A stretch of 52,962 nucleotides of DNA from Pelomyxa schiedti (Eukaryota; Protista; Evosea), in the NCBI GenBank assembly GCA_020536535.1, contig JAHLWZ010000903.1, forward strand, positions 1 to 52,962. The letters are read 5' to 3'. The position numbers were made by a program, and so were the translations under genes. Shown here in pieces: positions 34,521 through 44,368 of the stretch. The notes under the pieces are model-generated. The model was not told the origin of the DNA and made no database searches. It was given only the letters and a program-made list of their open reading frames with translations. The number at the start of each line of letters is the position of its first letter. Positions within the stretch are counted from its first letter, which is position 1.

Positions 34521-36601
34521 ATGGACGGGCACACCCTGGTAGCAAAGGCACTGCACGCGTGTGGTGTTCGACGCATGTTTGGCGTCGTAGGAATACCTGT
34601 CACACAGATTGCCGTCCAAGCCCAGAAATGCGGAATCACGTGAGTTCTGAAACTTACGTCACATTGGTTGCGAGGTGTCATAACCGCATGTAGGTATGTG
34701 GGCATGAGGAATGAACAGGCTGCAGGATACGCTGCTTGTGGGAGTAGCTATGTGGAGGGTGGCGTCCCTGCTGTATTGCTGACTGTATCTGGTCCTGGCG
34801 CCATTCATGGTTTTGCTGGTACGTCGTGCCTTGCACTTGACAATGCGCTATTATTGTATATCGCAATATCTAATGAGCAATAATAGGACTGGCACACGCG
34901 TCGGCGAATTGTTGGCCCCTCGTGATGATCAGTGGGTCTTGTGACGAGGGACAAGTGGGAAAGGGTGCATTTCAGGAGTTGGACCAGATCAAGGCAGCTT
35001 CCCCATATTGCAAGTGGAGTGGCCGTGCGACTTCGCTTGCAGATATTCCAAGGGTAAGGTCTCTATTAACAATCATCCCGTGTTGAGTAAAACGATTTAG
35101 TTAATTGCCACTGCCCTGAGCACTGCTTGCTCTGGCCAACCTGGTGGCGTTTACATAGACTTGCCATCAAACCTCTTGAAATCTAAAGTGCCTGAGGAAT
35201 CCATACAGTCAGTGCTCAACGGTGCCGTTTTTGCACCCCCGGTCTGCAAGTAATCGTCCACTTACAACTTTATGTTGTTAACACAAATACAAGTGCAGCT
35301 GAGATCCCCTCTATTAATGAAGCGTTTTCTATTCTGCAAACAGCCAAGCATCCCTTGCTGGTGCTAGGAAAAGGTGCTGCCTATGCACGTGCTGAAGTGG
35401 CTGTGTCCAAATTTGTCGAGACTGTGCATGTACCATTCTTACCAACCCCTATGGGTCGGGGAGTTTTAGATGACTCGCACCCCTTGTGCTGTACAGCAGC
35501 TCGGTCACTTGCCCTATCCAAGTCTGATGTCGTACTTGTAGTTGGAGCTCGCTTAAATTGGATTCTCCACTTCGGTGAGACCCCGCGTTGGAAGGCAGAC
35601 TGCAAATTTATAATAGTTGACATAGCGCCATCCTCACAACAATCTAGTCTCTCCAAAGCTAGCCTTGTGCTCCAAGGTCACGCGCCACTGGTCCTGGAGC
35701 AACTCACCTCAAAAGTTGTATCAGAAGGCTTCAGTTATGATCCAAGGAGCGAATGGCACGCTGAATTAAGCAGCAAGTGCGCCTTAAATGCAACTCAGCT
35801 CGAAAAGCAACTCCTCACTGCAACACAGCACGCGAATGGGGTCTCTGCACTTCTCAATTTCCATTCCGCTCTGTGCGTAATAAGGAATGCAATCGACGAA
35901 CTGAAAAGAACTCCGGCCTATACAACTACCTCATCTAGTGCAACTCCTTCCACGCCTGGGGGTGTTGGGAGTGTCTTCGTGATATCTGAAGGAGCCAACA
36001 CAATGGATACGTGCAGAATGATTCTGCCCTGTCACAAGCCTCGCACTAGACTCGACGCTGGAACCTGGGGAACAATGGGTGTCGGAGTAGGCTATTCTGT
36101 TGCATGCGGACTTTTTGCTTCTCAGTCAAACGACGGCTCTCTTGTTGTTGACATTGAAGGCGATTCTGCATTTGGATTCAGTGCGGCAGAGTGTGAAGTC
36201 ATCTGCAGATATTCTCTTCCCTGCGTTGTAATCGTGTTTAATAATGGCGGGATATATGGCGGTACACCTACCTCTGACATTGCAAGTGGTAACCCCCTTT
36301 CTAGCATACCACCGACCAGCTTCAGCCCTGGTATAAGGTAGCCTTATATCTTGCACTTCTTCCCTTATTGACTCTTGGTTTAGGTATGACAAAATCATGG
36401 AGGCATTTGGCGGCAAAGGGTATTTTGCCCAAACTCTATATGAGCTGCAGGCCTACTGCCAAGTAGCCTTTTGCGCCAAGGTTTGCATTGACCGGTCTCT
36501 TTCCCTTTGCATTGATGTAACTTCAGAAACCGGCTCTTATCAACGTAGTCATCGATCCACAGGCCGGAGTCGAGAGCGGCAGCCTTCAGTCTCACAACTA
36601 G
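34521..36601 (+). CDS. HACL1: 2-hydroxyacyl-CoA lyase / oxalyl-CoA decarboxylase family TPP enzyme
   Basis: MFGVVGIPVT, MRNEQAAGYAA, LLTVSGPG, GAFQELDQ, VGARLNWILHFG, RLDAGTWGTMGVG, the TPP motif EGDSAFGFS..NNGGIY, and the end KPALINVVIDPQAGVESGSLQSHN*. Confidence 0.92.
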
Positions 36602-36712
36602 ACCCGATCACCCATCAGTTCCACGAACGCCCTTTCGCTTTTGCAATTCCTGATAATGATGCCCCTTCAAACAAATCAAACGTAGCACCCGTTCCCTGCA
36701 CACAACACAGAG

Positions 36713-37541
36713 ATGGAGGGACTCGTTGTGGCCGTGTTTGGGTCGCTGGCGCGGCTGGTCTCGGCGGGCGAGCTGCTGATCCCCGTGTGGTTCGCGTTCA
36801 CCGCGGCGGAGCGCCTGGTGGTGTCCCGCGACGTCCGCGGCGCCGCGGCGATGGCGGCGCGGCTGGCCGGCGTGGTGGCGACGTTCGGGGCCAAGACGGC
36901 GCTCAAGTCGGCGGCGGTGGGCGCGGCGGCGTCGTGGCCCGCGGTGGCGGCGCTGGGGGCGAGGCCCGCGGGGGCCCCCGGGGACTGCGATGCGCTGTGC
37001 TTGGTGTTGGGAGTGTGCGCCGACAGTGCCGTTTTGGGAGGATTCCCGAGGTATTCACTCACGATTCTCTCTCTCTCTTTTTTTTTTTTTCCTCTCTCTT
37101 TTCTCTCTCTGTCTCTCTCCGTCTTTCACTTCACCACTTAATGTGGGTAGTGGATATCTTTTTTTAGAGACTCTTTCGTTGTTGTAAACAAAATACTAAA
37201 AACGAATTAGTGGGCATACGGCTACTCTTCTATACTACTTGGCTTCACAGTACTTTTCCAACTGTCATCACCAGACTGGTCATAGAAGACTTTTATCAAT
37301 TCTGTTTTATTCAACCCTTGGAATTCTTGTGGGAGTGACCAGACTAGCCAGGTTCCCAAGGTACTTGTTTTTTTTTCTCTCACACCTCTTTCTACACAGA
37401 GAATGCCACACACTCCCACAGGTACTTGGGGGTGCATTGCTTGGTTTGACAATGGCGTGGCTCTTTTCATTCTGTGAGGAATGGTTTAGACCTCCAACAC
37501 CTCGCCCATCATCCCCAGGAAAGAGGACAAAAAAGAAGTAA
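36713..37541 (+). CDS. PAP2-family lipid phosphate phosphatase (dolichyl-diphosphatase-like)
   Basis: K...RP, GFPS|GH across an intron, and TRLAR|ECHTLPQVLGG. Several hydrophobic segments. Confidence 0.85.
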
Positions 37542-37692
37542 TTCCTTAGAACGCCGTTTTGCCTTCTGTAAAGACAAAAAGAAGCATACCAAAACACAAA
37601 AATAAGTTATTTTTTTTTGTTTCCAATCCACAACATAGATATAGTCTCACAACACTAATGATACACCCCTCCATGTCACCACGAGTACGGAT

Positions 37693-38529
37693 TTACTCGC
37701 CAACAATCGGAAAGGTTCCCACTCTACAGTACACCATCTGAACAGTACTGTCCAATAATAGACCATAGCACTTGGTGTGAATAATCAATCCACAGTCTGT
37801 GGGTACTGCTTAGTGCAGGTTCAAACAGTTACTACTTAATTATTTATTGAACAGGAGGAGTGGTATACCATCACATCTAAATGCCTGCCTACCCATGTGT
37901 GGAATTCTTTCATCTTGAAAAAAAAAGTAAGAAAGAGGATGCACATTATTTGAGGAATACATACGGCAGCAGGCGCACTCCACTTGAGCCGAAACAGACA
38001 ATTTCTTCAAATTATGGGCACCCAGCCGTCTTTCCACAGCCTTGAAAGAAAAAATGAGTAAAAATGAAGCATCGAAGCCAGAGCACTACTCACTTTCTTC
38101 ACGCAGAACGAGATTGTCGACGACCACTCGTGCATCGCTGCCTGAGAGTCGGCGACGAGGACGTAGTCGCGATTCTTTGTTCTGAGCACAAAAGTGTGTG
38201 GGCGGGACGCGGCAGGACTCGTGGTGCACAACACTCCATCTCTGAATCCTATTTGTCCCTGTGGATGCCCAACCTGCCAGAGAAAGCGATAAAGATCTGG
38301 GTTACTACGATGGTGGTGGTTTTCGTGTGTGGGTTTTTTTCTTTTTTCTTTTTTTTCGTGGTCGTTCGTTTCGTGGGCGTTCGTGTTTATCGTTAGTAGA
38401 TCGGGGACGTACTCGCTCGTTCTTAAAGTAGGAGAGACCCGCGTTCGTGAGTACAAACCAACGCTTTTGTAGTTTGCGTAGTGCGCCACCCTCTTTGTAC
38501 AACCACCCGTTCTTGATTACTTGTTCCAT
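37693..38529 (-). CDS. Small PH + C1 domain protein
   Basis: PH: IKNGWLYKEGG..QKRWFVL..LSYFK|..RDYVLVADSQAAMHEW. C1: HNLKK..ECACC..QAFRCD|DCGLIIHTKC. Confidence 0.85.
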
Positions 38530-38714
38530 GTTGCAGCTTGCAGATTTATTTTTTTCTTTTTCTTTTGAATTTTTCTTCCTTCCCCAGTAGCAGATCGCCC
38601 GAATTGCGTCTAAAAATAGTTCTACTCTTATTTCTTTGTTGGGAACGGAAGGAGGGTTAAAAATAAACAATATTGTTGCGCCAATCTATCTCCAATCTCC
38701 TATCTGGTGCACTG

Positions 38715-40265
38715 TCACATGACAAGGCACAAAGGTTTTGTAGGGTGCAACAAAGGATAGGATTGCTCGTCGTCATCTTCGGATTCGTCGGCAATCAGCC
38801 GGGTCTCCGTCTCAGGTGGCTGTCTTCCAGACAGTAGCATCTGTTCCATGCGGAATTCCTCGATTTGTCTGCTCTTCAGCAGTGGTTCGTCTGTCTGTAT
38901 TAACGCGGATTCTGTGTGTATCAGAGTCTCTGTTCTGGATCCCGTTCCTGGTGGAATTGGAATGAGAGTTGGTGTAGGTATAAATCCCCAATCGCCGCTG
39001 CGCATATTGTACACGGCCAAGCCGAGGCTGCTTCGGCATATTACATAGAAAGGGGGTGTGAATTCCACCCAGGTGACAGGTGGTGGTACTCCGGTATCTG
39101 TTGCTGATGAAGAGGTGGAGTACGGCATGGTAAAGGATCCAACAAGATTGTATGTGTTTGTTGATTGCATAACCTTGATGATGTCGACTGTTCCCTTGTC
39201 TCGGCCGACCAGTACAATGTTCAGGCAAACTGATACAGAGCGTGCGTCACAATAATCGGTTTGAATGGTAACGAATTCATCAGTCTACGTGTTTGGTTGA
39301 AACTTTCGGGTAGGTTTAAGCACTTACTGTGCTGCTGGGTATGGGAGCTTTGAAGATAAATAATCCTCCTTGAACAGTTATACAAGCCACACAGAAAGTA
39401 CTACACGAACAGGTAGTGCACCAGGTTGGGCTTTCAGCACTCTGGGGAAGTTGTAGGGTCCGAATGAGAGTTTTATTGCTCTCTATATCCCAAAAAAAAA
39501 CTGCACCACCAGTGTCACTTGTCATAATGACGCGATTGGTTAGCCACTGTAGGGTCTTGATCTGATATAACGGCGGACATGTGAGAGTTGTTACAGAATG
39601 CCGCACTGGGTAAGTGCTTAGGACAGATACAACAATCTAGGACAAGTGAGGGACTCCAAGGAGGGTACATTACCTGGCCAGATTCTGATCGTGCCCAATA
39701 ACTTCCATGTGCTTTTAATGGCCAGTTATTGTCATAGACCCCAGTACACTTTATAGGCATCACATCTAAATAGTCATTATTGGGTATTTGAAAGAGAACA
39801 AATACCAGTTAAAGGATTAACCTCAATTATAGCGTTGCTATGACTTTCCCACACCAAAGCTGCCGTATTCTACAGTCGAAATTATTATGCATATTGAAAG
39901 GAGATAAAGGAGGTCTACATTAGCACCCACAAGTACGCCGGGGAACCTTAGCATCTTGGGTGGCATACAAACAAAGGAATTCAAGTCCCAGCATATAACT
40001 CTCTCCTCTCCCACTCCTCTAAAATCCATTGTTAAATTTCCCAGAATGAGGCATACAACAAAACAAGATGTTTTTACGTAACACAACAACAACAAAAAAA
40101 AAAAACACACACGAAAATTGGCAGTGGCACCAGTCTTGGGGCTAATTCCCTCAGCAGGTGTTCTGACAAAAACCTGGCGGGGCTCCGTTCACCCACCCTA
40201 TGGTGCCTCGCTGCTGCCAACGCCAAAATCCGGTCAATCCACGACCCCCCGCGGCTAGTTGACAT
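38715..40265 (-). CDS. Lineage-specific protein: N-terminal F-box-like motif, WD40-like propeller region, C-terminal CaaX
   Basis: N-terminus ILALAAARHHRVGERSPARFLSEHLLREL, WD-like TSDTGGAVFFWDIESNK, ends KPLCLVM*. Multi-exon. Confidence 0.7.
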
Positions 40266-40593
40266 TTTGTTTGATCGGAAATGTTTAAACGAAAAGATTA
40301 TGTGAAACAGAAGCGACGGTTCAAAGAGGTAGTGGGTGCATCTCACAAGGAGCGAAGTAATGTAAATAAACCTGTGAGTACAGCTGGCTGGCCCATTGAA
40401 TCCTCCAGGATCCATCCCCAGAATGTGTGCAAAATCAATACCCATTCATACATGAAATTGACTTCGAATTTTCCCAAACGGCGGAGCCCGTGGAGAGATC
40501 CACACTTTTCTTTTTGTTTAGAAACTCAGCTCTATGTTGGTGGGTGCTTACCACTGGGAATCACCCAATGAGGGGCCTTTCCTTTGCTTAACC

Positions 40594-42916
40594 TTAACTT
40601 AAGTCCAGTGTCATTGCGACTTCTTGTTGGGTGATTCCCAGTGTGTTGGTGGCCATTTCAAATGAGAGTGGTGTTGCGGTAAACCATGACATCAGGTGCC
40701 ACTCCCTTATGAACTGTCCTGTGATTTCAGGGAACACACGCAGGAGCATCCTCAGAACACCTGAATCCATGTAGTCAATGTGCCACTTCCAATGCATGGA
40801 AACAACCTGTGAGTGTGGGGTGAGTGAGTATCATAGCTTATTTGTTTTGTTGGGGGTTGGGTTGTTGTACAAACAGACACACAGACATACCTCTTCCAGT
40901 GTGACCTTGAACTTGTGAATGAACCACTCAGAGCATTTGTTCTTGTTGTTTGCAATGAGCTGGCTCAGCAATCGGTTGGAATTTGACTTGACCTGTTGCT
41001 CACTCAGGTCAAATTGTTGGAGGAAAAACCTCACAACTTTTCCTGACTGCATGTGAAACATGTATTTGAAGGCATCCATCACATCCAGTGAGCAGAGGTG
41101 GTCACAGAGGGAAACCAACTGCCTGGCTTGTGAAATTGTCCCAATAGACAAGAACCTTGCAACAACTCGCCTTTTGTCTGGCCAGCCAGTGCACAGCAGA
41201 GCACGGAATTTCTCCATCAAGTACAAGGCAAGGCTCAGTTGTGAGGGCGGTTGTTCCGCGTGGTGCTGGGTAACCACACTGACCACAGTGTCCTTGCTGA
41301 TGTTGCTCACTGTGGCACGGGAGAGGAACCATTCTAAGCTACTGATGCGAGCTGGTTGGTAACCACTGATTCCAAGGAAAGCATCATTCGTCAGCTTGGG
41401 GGTGGAGTTCACCCAGTCCATCACATGGAATGTGGTTTCCAGCCAGTCAGCAACTGCGATGTTGTTTTTGGAAAGTGCATATACAAGGCACTGCTGCATG
41501 ATTGCTTGGGTGAGGGTTGGTGGTGGTGTAATTGTTGAGAGCAGGAACTTCACCACTGCCACACTGTCTTTTGTGTTTCCACATGCATAAAGGAAATCAT
41601 TCACCTCCATGCTGGTGGCAAGTGTGGGGAACTTGGTGAGCGCCCACTCAACAAGTTCTTTGTCTCCAACAATGTTGTATGCCATGCTCACAGCAGCCTT
41701 GGTTGGTTTTGTGGCAAAAAAAGTGTTGATCACCCATTTAAGTGCCTTGCCATTTGTGGTGGAAGTCAATAAACCTTTGGCATCACTGTCCTCCAGTGGT
41801 AATTGGAAAAAAGAGTCCTTGAGCCACTGACAACAATCTTCAAAGGCCGCACAATTTGAACAATTTCGAAACAAGTCTGAAAATATGGTCTGGCTGAGGT
41901 GTCCATCTCCAGAAAAAAGTGGTCCACAGAACTTCATGACCTCCAAGTTTGAACTCATGATGAATTCCTCTGTGAAAAGCACATCCTGTAGCTGGAATAT
42001 GACCCCTCTCCTGCAAACATCCACAACCCCAGTGGAACAGGCCAGCCACTTGACAACTTCAAGGTGCCCATGCCTCACAGCAATGTAAAATGGCAGAACA
42101 AGCTCCCACCTCTTGGTTCCCACACCAAACGTTGACATCACCCACTTTACAGCTTCAAGATGACCACCCCAACATGCTTCAAACAGCAAACTGTGTGAGC
42201 TGGCGCTCATGTCCCTGATGTCACACAGCAGCTCCTGGTCATCCTTGATTGAATGTGGCCACCTGAGCGAACCAACCCCCCTCCAGGATAACTGTGATGG
42301 TGAAGTTGAAGGTGATGATTCACTGACACTCACCTCAATCAGTTCCTGTGCCATCCCAACATGACCCCCTAACCAAAGGAATGAATGAGTGAAATCACAG
42401 TAAAACAACAACACAATAGAATACGCACAAACAAACAAACACACCAGCACAGAGCCCCTTCAACACAGTGATGCACTCCTTCCTGATGTTCCTTGTTGTT
42501 GTTGCTGGTGCTGGTGCTGGCGCTGGCGCTGGCGCTGGCGCTGGCGCCGCGCCCTTGGCCCTCAGAAGCCACTCAACGCACCTCACGCTCCCAGCCATCG
42601 CGGCGCACCTCAGAGCCGCGTACCCCGACGTGCACAGGGACCCGTGACGCCGCACGTAGCCATTGTCCTCGTCGCGCTCGCAGCCACACGACCTGGTCAC
42701 GGCGGCGCCGGCGGCCGCGCGGCACGCCCGAGGCACCAGCGGGAACAGCGCGTCGGCCACACCAAACAACCACACGCACTGCGCCTCGCTCAGCAAGTAG
42801 CCGTAGCCGAAGCCGCGCGAGTCGCTCAACGGCTGGACCACCAACGGAACCACCACGTGGTCCCACACCACCCGCGAAATCGCCATAAGTTGGCCGACTA
42901 CGCCAATGCGTTGCAT
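40594..42916 (-). CDS. Lineage-specific ankyrin-like repeat protein
   Basis: ALRCAAMAGSVRCVEWL, LFEACWGGHLEAVKWV, AVRHGHLEVVKWL, ALSKNNIAVADWL. N-terminus GQLMAISRVVWDHVV..LFPLVPRACR. The 3' end is approximate. Confidence 0.8.
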
Positions 42917-43156
42917 CGACGAGGTCGTCGTACGCCGTTGCCGCTTCGTCTTTTCGTCGCCGAAGGGGCAAATTAGAGGTTTAATGTTGTGATGACCGTT
43001 GGGGTGACCCTGAAAATCACTGTGAAGCACTGGTCTCGTTGGTCGGGTGTTATATTACAAGTTGCGTTCCTCATTCGAACCAGCAAAATTCATTGACTGC
43101 TACGAAGTGGAATCAAGTTGGAATTTTGCAAAATTTCAGACACAACGGGAAAAAAA

Positions 43157-43960
43157 ATGGGCAGGTGGGTACCTGGGTGGTTTTATGAAGAGGACGAAGC
43201 AGACTTAATCGTGTACACATACACAGTAAAAGAGGAACGTGGGTGGACGTGGTGCTGTGGGAAGTGTTGTTTCTTGCTTATAGTACTGGCCCTGCTGGCA
43301 ATACCCGTCAGTATAATACCCTACTTTTGAATATATATAAAAAAAATATGTTAAATTGATAATGTGCACCCACATTTGGTAAAAGGTATGTGCTGTTGTA
43401 CTTCCAATGGAAGCAATGCTGCACTGTGATTGTGACTGGGGGCTCTTTTCAAACCAGACATATAACTTCTGTTACAATGAAATGTACATTCTTGACAATG
43501 ACGGTGCGTGACCACTTATGACACTGCTTGTTTGCTAAGAGATTTCTTTGTTTTAGGAACCTGTCTGACAATCCTTCCAGAACATTATTCTGAAGGCCTC
43601 TTTGGGGCCGGCATTTTTGCACTGATTGGTGCCTCCCTTAGTGGACTTGTGTTTATTGGCACTGCTGCTCTAATGTGTCTAGCCAGGGGTGACCACGTTG
43701 GCTGTGGGAGTGCTTGTCTTGCAGTTTTCTCTGCGATATTTGGATTCGTAGGTATTATTTTTGATTGGGTCAGCTATGCACTTGTCACAGTTGTGGGAAA
43801 CAAGGTGGAATATGTTTCATTTGATGAAGGGTCGACTTTATTGGTTTCTGGGGCAGCTTTGGCATCTGCTTTCGAACTGTTACTCTTGTTTATGGCGTGT
43901 GCTGTGGTGAAAGGAACCCAAAAGCATAGTAAGAAGCACAATACAGTGAATGACACCTGA
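43157..43960 (+). CDS. Four-TM membrane protein (claudin/PMP22-like topology)
   Basis: TM1 FLLIVLALLAIPVSII, a Cys-rich loop with WGLF, three further hydrophobic helices and a basic tail. Confidence 0.6.
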
Positions 43961-44368
43961 GATACCAGAAAATCTGAACAAATTCTGTATGAAACCAATA
44001 CCATTGTTGGTTCTGTTTGGATTGAAAAAAAAAAAATATTGGTTGAATGAGGATCATCAACTAACAAGAATCAGAGAGATGAGCATCGTCCAAAGGTCGT
44101 TTGTTACGAATTAGCATGGTTTGTTGTCATCATAACATCATATCTGGATCAAAGGGCGGTTGTTTTTTGGCCTGTCAAATCCATCATCAAAACTCAGTAG
44201 ATCCCATTGTTTGGCACCAACTTGGGCAGCCTTAGGGTTATGGAGGTTGAAACAAGAAGAGCTTGAGAGTTCTCAATTCATTTGTGTAAGAGGCGAACAA
44301 TACAGTCACAATTGTTTTTTTTGCTTTTTAGTGTATTTACAGCTTACAAAGAAGGGTGAGTGAAATCT

